From Rebecca billardiae RCC1528 (Eukaryota; Protista; Haptophyta), in contig OZ251223.1 in NCBI GenBank assembly GCA_965240325.2, positions 2,790,001 to 2,854,000 on the forward strand: a stretch of 64,000 nucleotides of DNA. Reading direction: 5' to 3'. Every line of letters begins with the position of its first letter. Position 1 is the first letter of the stretch. A model generated the notes under the pieces. It was not told the origin of the DNA. It saw only the letters and a program-made list of their open reading frames with translations, and did no database searches. Below are positions 1-11,974 of the stretch, piece by piece. The position numbers and the translations under genes are program-made.

Positions 1-56
1 ACCGACGGGCGCTCCTCTCCACGCGCGCTCGCGTCCGCCGCTCGCGCGCGCCGCAG

Positions 57-2063
57 GCTGTACCTGATCAACTCGCCGGTGGTGTGCGCGGACACGCTGC
101 GCTTCAAGGAGGCCGGCGTGAAGGCCATCATCCGCGACGTCTTCCTGCCCTGGTTCAACTCGTTCCGCTTCTTCGTGCAGGCCGCGCGCCGGCTCGAGCA
201 CGACATGGGCGCGGAGGGCGCGTTCCGGCCGGACGTGCAGCGCGTGATGCGCTCTGCCAACGTGATGGACCGCTGGATCCTCGCGGCGGCGCACTCGCTC
301 ATCGCGTTCGTGCGCGCCGAGATGGAGGCGTACCGGCTGTACACCACCGTCCCGCGCATCCTCCAGTTCATCGAGCAGCTCACCAACTGGTGCGCTCCGC
401 GCACGCGCCGCGCGCGCGCGCGCCGGCTCGCCGAGCGCGCGCGCGCCGCGCCCTCGGCGTGTGCGCCGCGCGCGCCGCCGCGCACACCGCTGCCTCGGCC
501 TTGAACGCTTCTCCACCCGCGGCGCGCGCTGCTCGGTGCCCCGCGCCCTCGCCGATGGGCAGGTACATCAAGCTCAACCGCCCGCGCCTGCAGCGCAAGG
601 AGGACGACGCGAGTGTGGACGACTGCATGACGGCGCTGTGCGCGCTGTACGAGGTGCTGCTGCTGCTGTGCAAGCTGATGGCGCCGCTCACGCCCTTCCT
701 CGCGGAGCACCTGTACCGCCGGCTGGCGGTGGCGCTGCCGCGGGCGGAGCGCGAGGACTCGGTCCACTTCTGCCGCGTGCCCGACGTGCTCGAGTCCGCG
801 CGCGACCCGCAGATCGAGCGCGCCGTCGCGGCGCTCCAGCCGGTGGTCGAGCTGGGCCGCACGGCGCGCGACCGCAAGAAGCTGGGCCTCAAGGTGCCGC
901 TGCCGGACATCCTGGTCGTGCACCGCGACCAGCAGTACCTGGACGACGTGCTCTCGCTCGAGCGGTACGTGCAGAAGGAGCTCAACGTGCGCAGCGTGCG
1001 CGCCCTCCGCTTCGCGGACGCGGCGCAGCACGTGCGGCTCAAGGCGATGCCAAACCACACCGTGCTGGGCGCGCGCTTTGGCAAGGCGTACGGCGGCTGG
1101 CAGGCCAAGATCCGAGCGCTCGAGCACGAGCCGCTCGCCAGGCTGCTCGAGGAGAAGAAGCTCGTGATCGACGGCGAGGTGCGCCGAGCCGCGCCGCGTT
1201 GTCCGCCGCGCCGTCCGCCGCGCCGCCGCGCCGCCGCACCCCGCCGCGTGCGCACGCGCTGCGCGCGCGCGCGCGCGGGAGCGCTCGCCGGCGCCGCGCG
1301 CGCTCACCTCGGCTCGCGGCGCGCGCGCGCGCGCGCGCGGCTGATGCTCGGCGTGCAGTCCTTCTCGGACGAGGAGCTGATCGTGCAGTGCGAGTTCGTC
1401 GGCGCGCTCGAGACGCACGAGGCGGTCTCCTCCGAGCAGAAGGACCTGCTCGTCATCCTGAACGCCGTCCCCGACCAGGGCATGCTCGACGAGGGCCTCT
1501 CGCGCGAGGTGGTGAACCGCGTGCAGAAGCTGCGCAAGGAGGCGTCGCTGGTCGTGCAGGACCCGATCGAGGTGTTCTACAAGGTGCTCGCGCCGGACGG
1601 GGCGGGGGCGGGCGCGGGCGCGAAGGGCGGCGGGGCGAACTGCAAGCCGCCCGGCGCGCCCGCCGACGCCGCCGAGGCCAAGGCGGACACCGAGCGGCTG
1701 TGCAGCGTCGTCGAGTCCCAGCGCGAGAGCATTGCCAAGCTGATCGGCAAGCCCTTCCGGCCCAAGGCGCAGCTGCTCGAGCACGCGGTCGTCGTGGCCG
1801 AGGCGACGCGCGCGGTGCAGGGCGCGCAGATCGAGATCACCATCGCGAGAGAGACGCCGGTCGTCGACGCGAAGCGCGTCGCGGCGCTCGGCGGCGGCGA
1901 CGGCACGCTCGCGGAGCACGTGCAGCAGCTGCTCGCGGCGCACGAGCCGGTCGCGCTCAAGCGCGCGCTCTCGGCGAGCGGCGGCAAGTTGAGCGCGCGC
2001 GTCGACGGCAAGGAGCTGCAGCTGCAGCTCGGGAGGGACTTCACGCTGAGCTCCCTCGCCTGA
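57..2063 (+). CDS. IARS1: Cytosolic isoleucyl-tRNA synthetase, 3' portion (gene starts upstream of the window); exons 57-389, 563-1178, 1359-2063
   Basis: Spliced translation gives RLYLINSPVV..LRFKEAGV, MDRWIL, YRLYT, LTNW|YIKLNR, MAPLTPFLAE, SVHF, KELNV and REVVNRVQKLRK, all typical of eukaryotic IleRS. GT-AG introns at 390-562 and 1179-1358. Confidence 0.95.
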   Translation, partial: AVPDQLAGGVRGHAALQGGRREGHHPRRLPALVQLVPLLRAGRAPARARHGRGGRVPAGRAARDALCQRDGPLDPRGGALAHRVRARRDGGVPAVHHRPAHPPVHRAAHQLVRSAHAPRARAPARRARARRALGVCAARAAAHTAASALNASPPAARAARCPAPSPMGRYIKLNRPRLQRKEDDASVDDCMTALCALYEVLLLLCKLMAPLTPFLAEHLYRRLAVALPRAEREDSVHFCRVPDVLESARDPQIERAVAALQPVVELGRTARDRKKLGLKVPLPDILVVHRDQQYLDDVLSLERYVQKELNVRSVRALRFADAAQHVRLKAMPNHTVLGARFGKAYGGWQAKIRALEHEPLARLLEEKKLVIDGEVRRAAPRCPPRRPPRRRAAAPRRVRTRCARARAGALAGAARAHLGSRRARARARLMLGVQSFSDEELIVQCEFVGALETHEAVSSEQKDLLVILNAVPDQGMLDEGLSREVVNRVQKLRKEASLVVQDPIEVFYKVLAPDGAGAGAGAKGGGANCKPPGAPADAAEAKADTERLCSVVESQRESIAKLIGKPFRPKAQLLEHAVVVAEATRAVQGAQIEITIARETPVVDAKRVAALGGGDGTLAEHVQQLLAAHEPVALKRALSASGGKLSARVDGKELQLQLGRDFTLSSLA

Positions 2064-2726
2064 GGGGGCGGCGCGCACAGCCATCGTCCCAGCGTGCCGC
2101 ACACATCGTCCTCCCATCTCGTTCGCGTGCGCTGCAAGTTATAGCTTACAGACACAGTATATCGCATGATGCTGCGCTGCAGAGCCTGCGGACTGCCGAG
2201 GTCTCCCGTACGCACGACTATACTTACTTCTACGTGTATAGTCGTCCGCAGCTAGTACGACCTCAGAATCGTCGTCAGCCATCGTCACTATACGGTCCGG
2301 ATCATCTGTCATCCAAGATTTCCCGAAGCAGACAGCAGTCCGGAGTCCCGTGAGCCGGTGAGGCCCGTGTCGCCCGTGAGACTGTCCCGTGGTCCGAGTG
2401 ACGGCAGACTGAGTCAGAGTCAGATCGATCGATCGAGCAGCATAGTCGTCGGCAGACTCCGACGCAGATATCGATCGACGAGTTGAAGGGCAGTAGTAGC
2501 AACGATGAATGAATGCGAATTGCGATGATGCGGATGATGATGCTGATGATGCTGGCTTAATTGCTGCTGACGCGATTGATGACGATATATATATATTATG
2601 AGTCATGATGATGCCGCCTGACGGCGGCGCGCAGATGGATGATGATATGCTGGCGGCATGCGCACATATCATGCAACGTATAACAAGTGCCGGTGGGCCG
2701 GTGCCCGCATGTACGCGACTGCGCGG

Positions 2727-5700
2727 TCAGCGGATCAGCTCCGCGCGCGTGAGCACGCCCCTGCCCAGCGCCAGCATCTCAGCGAGCACCTCGGCCACGT
2801 TGGGCACCATCAGCGCGGCGCCGCCCTCCTCGTGCGCCGGCAGCGGCAGCATGAGGTGGGCCTCGGCCGGCTTGAAAGGGCGCGGCATGAACGCTGCCGG
2901 ACGCCAGCGCACCGCGATTGCCTTGCCCTCGAGCCTGCCAGCCGAGACGTGCGGTGGGGTACGCCGCGTTGGCGCGCCGCGCATGGTGCGCGCCGCGCGC
3001 ACGCGTGCCGCGCGCCGCGCCGTCGGCGCGCGCGGCGCGATGGCGCACCGGTCGTAGCAGAAGAGAGCGAGCGAGTCGAAGGCCGCCTCCAGGGCGCGTA
3101 CGAGCGCGGGCACGCGCGGCTCGCCAAGCCGCGCGGGCCAGTCGGGGCACGCCGACACCATGTCGAGGTTCTTGAAGCCGCTCAGGCCGGCGCCGCCGCG
3201 CGCGGCAAGTTCACGCGCCGCCTGCGCGCGCGAGCGGGGCGCAGCACGCGGGTGGCAGTGTGAGCGGCAGGGGCCGCACGGGGCGCGCGCGCGGAGGGCA
3301 CGGCGCGCGAGACGCCCGCGCGCGCGCTCGCGCTTCGTCGCACCGCCTTGCTCAGGTGGAGCAGCACGTCGAACTCGTGCACAGCCGGGCTGAAGGCGAC
3401 GGAGACAATGGCTGCGGCCGAGGCGGGTAGCGCGCCGCCGTTGGGCGGAGGGCGCGGGCCGTCCGTCACGCCGAGCGGCGCGGCGGCGGCGCTGCCCGCA
3501 CCCTCGGCATCGGCGAGGCCGCCGAGCGCAAGCAGCTGCCCCAGCGTCGACGCAGCCAGCCGGATCAGCCGGCGCGCGACCACGCGGGACGGGCGCGCCG
3601 CCGCGCCGGGCTGCGCGCCCGCCGCCGCGCCCGCCGCCGCATCTGTGCTCGCCAGCAGCCCGACGTCAAACCCGCCGGCCGCGCCGCACAGCTCGGGGAT
3701 CGCGACGCGCACGAGCGGCGGGGCGACGGCGGCGGCGGCGGCGGCGCGCAGCGCGCGCGGCAGCGCGCGCGCGCGGCCGAGCGCGTGCGCCGCGCCCTCC
3801 TCGCGCAGCGGCACGTGCAGCGCGCCCTCGCCCCACGCGTGCGTGCCCAGCGTGTGCAGCGCGCGCAGCAGCGCGACAGTCGCGGTGCGCGGCGGCGCGT
3901 ACGCGCACGAGCCGTCCGCGCGCGCGAACGCGTGCGCGGCGAGGAGCTCGAGCAGGCAGTCGGGCAGCTGGCCGCTGAGCAGGTGGCGCGCGGCCCAGCG
4001 CTTGAGCAGCCGCGCGCACGGCGAGTACGCCGGGTGCGTCAGCGCCAGCTGGCGCAGCGCCGCGCTGAGCACGGGCGTGCCAACGAGCTCGGCCGCGACG
4101 GCGTGCGCCGCGCCCGCGCGCGCCGCCACCGCCACATGCTCGTCGAAGGTGACGCTCCCGCGCAGCGCGAAGCCGCCGATGAGGACGTCGAAGTGCGCGC
4201 GCGCCGCGCTGAGCGCGAGCGGCGGCGAGCCGCCGAACAGCTCGTCCGGCGCCGCGCGCAGCCGCTCGACGATGCGCACGTGCAGCGCGGCGCGCAGCGC
4301 GTCCACGGCCTCCAGCTCCGCAGGCCAGCGGCCGCTGCCCTCGAGCACGAGCACGAAACGGATTGGCTCCGTGCCCGCGGGCGGCGCGGCGCCGTCGGCG
4401 AGGGGCGTGGGCGGCGGCTCGGCGGCGTAGCGGAGCGCCGCCGCCGCCGGCTTCACGTCGAGCACCGCGAGCGGCATCTCGCGCAGCTGGCGCAGCGCCG
4501 ACGCGAGCCGATCGAACGCGCGCGCCGCCTCGCCGAGCGCGCCGCGCCCGCCGTCCGCGCCGTGCGCGCCGAGCGGCGCGAGCACGCTGCCCAGCGGCCA
4601 CTGCACGCGCACGCCCGCGCGGTCCGCGCCGCGCACGTGCCGGCGCAGCGCGTACTCCGCGATGCGCGCGAGCACGCCCAGCCGCTCGTACACGCCGTCC
4701 TCCGCGGCGGGCGGCCACACGACCGCATGCACCACCTGCCCGTCTCGGAAGCGGCGCAGCTCCGAGCGGGCGCCCCAGAACCGACCCCAGTCGTCCACGG
4801 CGGCGCGCGCGGCCGCGGCGGCGCGCTCGTCGCCGTACGCGGCGGCCTCCTCCGCGTCCGTCGGGCCGCGGTCCACCTGCCGCGTCGTCACCGCGTGGTC
4901 GTGCCGCACCATCGCGCACAGCAGCACCGAGCGCCCCTCGGGCGCGGCGCGCGCCGGCGCGCTCGGCTCGAGCGCGGGAGCGAGCGCGCGCACGAGCTCA
5001 ACCCGGTCGCCCCACGCGCGCGCGGCGATGGTCTCGACGTCCAGGAGCACCGCGCGGCGCGCGCTGGCGCCGCTGGTGCCCGGCGCGGCGCAGAGCGCGC
5101 GCTCGTGCGCGGAGCCCGGCGGCGCTCGCGCGGGCGGCTGCAGCGCCGCCGCGGGCAGCGTGAGCCTGAGCTGCACATCCCACTTGAGCGCAGGCAGCAG
5201 CCGCTGCACAAACAGCGCGCGGAACACGGACAGGTGGCGCTCCGGACGCGGGGCGCGGGGGGCGGCGGGCGGCGGCGCGGAGGCGGAGGCGGCGGGCCGG
5301 GCGTGCTCGGCGTCGCGCCCCGCCGCCCCGCCGCCTTCCTCCTCCTCCTCCTCCTCCTCGCCCTCGCCCTCGCCCTCGCCCTCGCCCTCGGCGGGCGCGG
5401 CCGCGCGCAGCAGCTGCGTCGCGAGCCTCGCTTCGTGTCGAAGCTCCGCCAGCCCGCCCGCGCTCACGCTCGCGGCGAGGTTGCAGCCCGTGGTCGGCTC
5501 GAGGAGGATGAACGGGTGGCAGCCAGCCGCGCGCATCTCGTCGACGAGCGCGCTCGCCGCCGCCTCGTCGAAGCCGCTCGCGCCACCGCCGCCGCCGCCC
5601 GCGCCGTTCGCGCCGTCCGCGCCGCGCTTGCGCGCGGGCCTGAGCACGAGCGCGTCGCGCGCGCCACCAGAGTCGAGCTGCGCGTCCGCGTTGGCGAGCC

Positions 5701-6973
5701 AGTGCACGGTGACGCGGAAGGCGGCGTACGCGCTCATCGAGGGCGTGAGCACGCGGCGCTGCACCAAGCACGCCACGAGCACGGTGAACAGCCGCGGCGT
5801 GACGCCGCCGGCCTCCGAGAGCGGCGCTGAGCCGAGCGCAGCCGCCGAGGCCGCGCTGCCGACGCTCCGCTCGCCAAAGCCGCGCTGCCGGCCCCACACC
5901 TTGAGCAGGATGACGGCGTCCCGCAGCGTGCCGCGCGCGTCGTGCGAGAACACGGCGTGCAGGCTCTCCAGCGCCGGCACGTGCGCCATCTCCTCCAGCA
6001 GCCTGTTGTTGTACAGCGCAGTCGGCGGCGGCGCCGCCTCTGAGCCGGGCTCGGCCGCGGCCGCGCCGTCCGCTCGAGCGGGCCGCACGTTGCAGCGCGA
6101 CGGGCGGAGGCGCGCGAGCGGGAAGGTGCCGACGGCGAGGAACGGGATCAGGCGCACGGTCACGTGCCGCGCCGCCTTGGGCAGCCCCTTCGGCCGCACG
6201 CTGAGCACGGGCCAGCAGCTGCCATCGCTCGCAGACGGCAGCACGCACACGCTCTCACACAGCGAGGCCGCGCGAGAGATCGACTGCTCGGCGCGCGCGC
6301 GCACAGCGGGCTCGGCGTCCTCCCACGCGGCGGCGGCCTGCGGGGTGCCCAGGAGCACGCCCAGGTGGTGCACGTACAGCAGGCGCACGTCGACGTACCG
6401 CTGGTCGAGGTGGTCTTTGGCGCGCAGGCAGGCGGCAGGCAGCTCGAGCAGCAGGTCCAGGTGCTGCTCAGGCAGCGCGTGCGTGCGGAGCAGGTGCGCG
6501 CCGCCGAGGACGACGCGCGGCGGCGGGCTCCAGGTGAAGTCGGGCGCGCCGTGCAAGGGCAGATTGTCGCCGTCGACGAGCGGCTCGCCCGCCGGCAGCT
6601 CGACAAGCGCGGCGCGCAGCTCGCGCAGCCACGCCTCGAGCTGCTTCGTCTCGCGCGACGCGTAGTCGACGCAGACCTCGTCGAGGAGGGCCTCGAGCTG
6701 CATGTTGAGCAGGTTCGAGTGCATCAGCCCCTCCACGTCCCCATCGCGCAGCTGCATCTGCTCCTCCGATGTCGGCGGTGCCACCTTGTTCGGCGCCGGG
6801 CCCAGCGCACCCTTGGGCAGCTTGATGTCGACGAGCGGCCGGCCATCGGGGCGCAGGTCGGCGGAGGCGCCGTCGCCCGTGCCCTCCTGCTCAGGGCCGT
6901 CGTGCTGCACCACCGCCGCGCGCTCGAGAGCGGGGTCGACGCCCGAACGCTGCTTACGCTTCTTGCCGGCCAT
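2727..6973 (-). CDS. NOL6: Nucleolar protein 6 / Utp22 (Nrap family), with two 3' introns (3222-3343, 2935-3048)
   Basis: KDHLDQRY, RCNVR, TALYNNRLL, DAVILLKVWGRQRG, FWGARSELRRFRDG, LEGSGRWP and RLLKRW match Nrap/Utp22. Splicing joins to FKNL..FCYD|RLEGKAIAVRW. The start (MAGKKRK) is inferred. Confidence 0.9.
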
Positions 6974-7401
6974 GATACCCTCGCCGACACGCGGATCGCG
7001 GACGTCACGCGGCGTCGGTGACGGGCTACGAGCCAAGCTGAATTTTGTCCTGTCGCTGCCGCCGCCGGCTTGCATCTTGCAAAGGTACCTTGCGGGACGA
7101 TCACGATGGCGGCGGCTGCCCACGCTGGGCACTGTGGGCAGGCGTGGTCACTCGGTGGTGTCCCTTGAACTTGCACTCTTGCGCTTGAGCTGTCGCCTGT
7201 CGGCAAGTACTGGCACCCCCAGCCCTGCACGCAGCACTGAGCACGGCCCCACGCAGGGGCTCCGACGGCTACACGGCAGCATACCGTGCCGCTGGTCGGG
7301 TCCCGCGGCGCGGGTGGCGACGGCTGACACCGTACCATTCTGCCAGCTACCACAGGTGACAGGTCGTCCGCCGTCCACAGCAGCCTCGGGAGTCAGGCTT
7401 G

Positions 7402-8800
7402 TCACTCGATCTCGGCGAAGGCGTTGAGCATCATGTGGAAGCCCTCGAGCTGGCTGGAGTCCCCGTCCGCGATCGCGTGGCACAGCACGGGCATGTCGGT
7501 GTTCATGTCGAGCACGTTGGCGATGAAGGCGAGCAGGTGGAAGTCGGACGCAATGAGGTGGAACGGCTCGCCGCGCCGGCGCAGCAGGTGCTCTCGCAAC
7601 GACTGCTGCGTCTGCGGCTGCGTGGGGCGGTTTTCCACTGCGCATGCGTGCGCGGCGCGAGGGAGCGTGCGCGCAAGCCCAGCAGTCAGCATCGGCCGCG
7701 CGCGCGGGTCGTCTCCTCCGCGCGGGCCACACGTGCACGCGCGCGCGTGCGCGCGCACCTGGGAAGCCCGTCCGCAGCGGGCTCGCGTACGGCCGAGACA
7801 TGTCGTGCACGCGCGAGACGAAGTGCTCCGCGGTCGCCTTGCGCGACTCTTTCTGCTCGATCACAAACACGCAGTCGGCCGAGGTCGTCTTCGCGCAGCG
7901 CACGTCGGTCTGCGACTGCTTGAAGGCGCCCTTGCGCACGAGATCGACGCACTGGTCGGTCATCTGATACGCCTCGACCGTCGCGACGCCCTCGATCGCC
8001 TCGCCCTCCACCACGAGCCTCGCCTTGAGCGTGACGAAGCGGCGCGCCAGCTTCTCGCCCTCCTCCGCCTCATCCGCGTCCAGCGCGTGCGCATGCAGCT
8101 GCGCGGCCGTCGTGATCTCGTTGATGGTGAACGTGTGCGCGCGGGGCGGGTGCGCGAAGATCCAGCCCACGAAGCGCAGCCCGAGGTGCCCGGCGATCTT
8201 GTGCGCGCGGCACTCCAGCGGGTGCTCGCGGATGTTGATCGAGGTGTCGGTGCACTCCTGCTCCGGCTCGTAGATCGCGTCCACCTGCACGCCGCCGTCG
8301 TCGGTGAAGCGGCCGTACAGGAAGCCCGCGCGCTGGCACGCGAAGCCAATCGACTGCATGTTCCCGAGGAAGTTGTTGCTCGCGTTGGCGTCGACGCTGA
8401 CGAACAGGCAGTGTGGGTCGGGCACCTTGCCGAGCTTGAACTCGCGGTCCGCGCGGTAGTCGAGGTAGGACGTGAGCGTCCACTCCATGGTGCCCTGCTT
8501 GCGCAGCTCGCCGTCCTTGGCGAGCTTCCTAAAGGTATCCACCTCCTCATACCGCGCGATCTGCTCGCGCTCCGCGTTGTAGTGCAGGTAGAGCATGTCG
8601 CCATGCTTGGCGCCTACCGGGCCCGTCGCAGGCAGCATATCGCGGCCAGGGCCGTCGCGCGAGATGGAGATCTCGGCGCGGTCGAGGGAGAACTGCTGCG
8701 CGACCTGGTCGAGCAGCCCCGACGTCGTCACCGCCGGGTCGACAGTAACGCGCTCGGTGCCATCCTTCGTCCGTAGCCGCAAGATGATCGTGCCGCTCAT
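7402..8800 (-). CDS. NPL4: NPL4-like Cdc48/p97 cofactor (UBL + MPN domain, short plant-like form); intron 7638-7758
   Basis: IILRLRTKDGTERV N-terminus, QRAGFLYG, VDAIYEPEQ, LGLRFVGWIFAH, EAYQMTDQC, FP|VENR and IASDFHLL. Confidence 0.92.
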
Positions 8801-8985
8801 GATACGGCGGCGGAGGGTGCGCCACTGCACCTGCGACCCGTCAGTCAGCCGACCCGCCCGCCAGCAGATGTCCGGACGCGCCCCTCGGCCCTGGCCAAGA
8901 AGCTCCGGTCGCGGAGGAAAAAGAGTAAAAGACCGGTCGTTTCGGCATTTGTTTTTACTAGCCGCTTTGCCGCTGGCCGCTTGCG

Positions 8986-11295
8986 ATGGCATCGCACGGC
9001 CCGGGCGGGCCGGCGCTCGACGCGGCGCTCGACGCGGCTGGAGAAGCGCTCGTCGACGCGGTGCATCGAGTCCTAACGCACGCACACGTCGATGGTGTCG
9101 GTGCCCTCGAAGCCCACCTGCGCGTCGAGCTTGTCGGCGCGTGGATGGCGGAGGCGCAGGGAATACGCGGAGCGGTGGCCGCAGACGCTCGAGCGCGCGA
9201 TGCTGCTGCTGCCGCCGCCGAGGCGGCAGCGCGCGAAGGTGGCAGTGAGGTCGACCACACTGCGTGGGAGCTCGAACGCCACCGCGACGAGCTCGTGCTG
9301 CTGCGCACGCAGCTCGACGCCCAGGGCTCTGAGCTGCGCGACGCATACGCGCGCGTGCAGGCGCTCAAGTCGGAGCGCACGACACTGCTGGGCAATGCGG
9401 CGGCCGCCGCGGCCGCGCGTGAAAAGGCCGAGCGCGCGGACATGTCAACGGTGGTTGAGGTCGGCCTGCTCGCGCGCGAGCTCGCGCTCCTCGAGACGCA
9501 GGCGCATACGCCAAGGGTGCTGCTCAAAACTGGCTCGGTGCGCGCAGGTGGTGTCGGCTCTCGCGGCAGCGGCTCGCGCGCCGAGCGGCTGCTTGGCGTG
9601 GTGGCCGCGCAGGCAGAAGCGCTGGGCGAGCTGCGCGCGTCGCTCGCGGAGGTGCGCGCGCAGGTGAGCGCGCTCCCGCGCGAGCCCCAATTCGGCGCAT
9701 TCGCGCTGCGGGGCGAGCTGCGCTCGAGCGCGCACGCGCTGCTGCAGGCCGAGGCCCTGCGACATGCAGAGGCAGCACGCGCGGCGCAGGCGCGGGCGGT
9801 GGGCCGCGCGCGCGCCGAGGTGGGGCGCGAGATCCTCTCGGCAGCGGAGGCGCACCTCTTCCGCCAGAACCCGCCCGCCGGATCGCGCGGCGGCTGCGGC
9901 GGCGGCGGGGCGATCCCGCGCGCCGCGCAGTCGGAGCGGCTTCGGCTCGAGGCGATCATCTCCGCACTCGTCGCCACGCTGGAGAGCGTCGAGGAGCTCT
10001 CGGCGCACGGGGCGGTGGGCGCGGCTGGGGCGGGCAGACTGGAGGAGGGCGCGTGCGACGCGGCTGCCGCCGTGCCGTCGCAGCCGCCCGGAGCCACCGT
10101 GCCGCGCGCGATCGACACCCGGCTGCGTCGGCTGCGCGCGCAGCTGGGGATGGCGGAGGCGGACCTCCGCTCACTGCTGCGCCTCTCCGAGCGCGCGAGG
10201 CGGGGCGCGGCTTCTCCGCGCGGGCGCGGTGGCGCGATGGGCGCCGGTACGGACGACGTCACGGGCCCGTGCTCGGCTGACAACCTGCTGAGTGGAGCCG
10301 CCTCGTCGCCGGCTGATCCGCGCCAAGGCAGCCCAGGCTGGGGCGGCCGCGCCGCGGCACACTCGGAGCCGCAGCAGCGCTCGCGCAGTGCAGGCCGCTT
10401 GGAACGAGGCCAGGCCCACTCCGCGCGCGCGTCCCCTGGCCAGTCCGCCACCACGCCACGTGGGGCGTATCGCGGGATCCGGCGTGCAGACACGGTGCCC
10501 TCGCCGCCGACCTCTGCGGGGCAACCGCGGCGCGCTGCCACAGGCACCGCGGCCGATGCGACCGCGGACGGTGGCGCAGACGCGCAGCAGGCGGCGGGGG
10601 CTGGCGCGGGTGCCGGTTCGCCTGCCTCGCCGCCACCTCAGCCTCCGCTGCCTTCGACACCCCTCGAGGCGTGGATGGCAGGCCTGCTGATGAGCCCGGG
10701 CACGGCGTGGGAGGACGCGGCCTTGCGCGAGCTGAATGTGCGCAAAGAGCCGCCGGTGGCCGTCGGCACGCGCGCCACGCTCACGCCGAGGGCAAGCTCG
10801 CCGCCCATAGGATCGGGCGCAGCTCGTGGGCGTACTGCCGCGCACAAGCAGCGCCCCATGAGCGCGCGTACGGCACGACGCCCGGGGATGGGAAGCAGCT
10901 CCCCGCCGCAGGCACTCTCGCCACGCCCGGCGGCCATCGGCGCACAGCCACCTGCGATGGCTACGATGGCTCCACCGCAGCGCGAACGGCCAAAGAGCGC
11001 GCGCTCGCAGGGGCGAGCGGGCACAGGCTACCGAGTGCCTCCGCCTCGCAGCGCTCCATCCTTCGGCGCTGTGACCGTTCCATACGCACAAGGCTTCGCG
11101 GGCGTGATGGGCACATTCCCGTTGGCGGCAAGCGCCAACCTGGCCGCCAGCCTTACTGTCACGCCTGTTGCTGGCGCCAATGTGTCCGCCTCCGCTGCGC
11201 GACAATCGCCCCGCGGCCCTGTGCTGATGGCGTTCGGCGACAAGGTGGTGGCGCCGCCGTACGCCGCGGCTGTCGGCGCCACCCGCAACAACTGA
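8986..11295 (+). CDS. Hypothetical coiled-coil protein with a low-complexity, disordered C-terminus
   Basis: 769-aa ORF with an ATG, heptad-rich N-half and coding-like codon use. It is divergent from NPL4. Confidence 0.65.
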   Translation: MASHGPGGPALDAALDAAGEALVDAVHRVLTHAHVDGVGALEAHLRVELVGAWMAEAQGIRGAVAADARARDAAAAAAEAAAREGGSEVDHTAWELERHRDELVLLRTQLDAQGSELRDAYARVQALKSERTTLLGNAAAAAAAREKAERADMSTVVEVGLLARELALLETQAHTPRVLLKTGSVRAGGVGSRGSGSRAERLLGVVAAQAEALGELRASLAEVRAQVSALPREPQFGAFALRGELRSSAHALLQAEALRHAEAARAAQARAVGRARAEVGREILSAAEAHLFRQNPPAGSRGGCGGGGAIPRAAQSERLRLEAIISALVATLESVEELSAHGAVGAAGAGRLEEGACDAAAAVPSQPPGATVPRAIDTRLRRLRAQLGMAEADLRSLLRLSERARRGAASPRGRGGAMGAGTDDVTGPCSADNLLSGAASSPADPRQGSPGWGGRAAAHSEPQQRSRSAGRLERGQAHSARASPGQSATTPRGAYRGIRRADTVPSPPTSAGQPRRAATGTAADATADGGADAQQAAGAGAGAGSPASPPPQPPLPSTPLEAWMAGLLMSPGTAWEDAALRELNVRKEPPVAVGTRATLTPRASSPPIGSGAARGRTAAHKQRPMSARTARRPGMGSSSPPQALSPRPAAIGAQPPAMATMAPPQRERPKSARSQGRAGTGYRVPPPRSAPSFGAVTVPYAQGFAGVMGTFPLAASANLAASLTVTPVAGANVSASAARQSPRGPVLMAFGDKVVAPPYAAAVGATRNN

Positions 11296-11605
11296 TGACG
11301 ACGACGACAGCAGTGTCAGCGCAGTGTAAACTCATTCATATCAGCATGTTCGGACGATATATTAGCGTCGCGCGGCCCGATAATATAGCGGCAGGCCGGC
11401 ACGCATATCGAAGGCAGCTAGCCACTCTCACTCTGCACTCAGCTTTACTGTTTACAGTTTACTAGCACGGTCTCCAGCCGCGCGGCAGCCCACGCGGCGC
11501 GCCCGGCCGGGCCGCGCCGGCCGCCCGCGCGCCGGCGGCCGAGGCCCCGCGGTGCCAGTCCGAAAATTATGCCCGACGAATAAATGCAGCAGACGACGAA
11601 AATCC

Positions 11606-11607
<2 letters not shown>

Positions 11608-11647
<40 letters not shown>
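11608..11647. repeat. (TA)n microsatellite
   Basis: Directly visible TA run between convergent genes. Confidence 0.95.
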
Positions 11648-11650
<3 letters not shown>

Positions 11651-11974
11651 ATTTTTATCCGGGCCGATCCGGGCGATCGTCCGGGGGCCGGGCATATCGA
11701 CGCTGATCAGAGCAGTGGTGATTAAAGTATATAGTATTCGTCGTCGCTAAACTGATGGACGACGATGACCGAGCGGACTGACCGCCGACGCGACCGCCCC
11801 GTGAGTCCCGTCACTGGCAGCTTCGCTCCCGTGGCCCGCCCGCCGGCGTCTCGGGTCCTATCCGAGTCAACGGCTGGCTCCAACTCCAAGGCCGACAACA
11901 GGCCGCAGTCTATACGCCGAGCCCGTCGCCGCAGCACAAAAAAGTGCCGGCACAGCCCGCCCTCTCACGCGCGC

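Noticed and set aside
84-2063. Apparent frameshift in IleRS, and similar breaks in NPL4, PAP, GT47, Sac1 and NOL6
   Set aside because: All are resolved by GT-AG introns that restore conserved motifs, so they are neither pseudogenes nor programmed frameshifts.
3348-6665. Many long overlapping or antisense Arg/Ala-rich ORFs here and throughout the window
   Set aside because: These are shadow ORFs caused by very high GC and scarce stop codons. They overlap well-supported genes and have no motifs.
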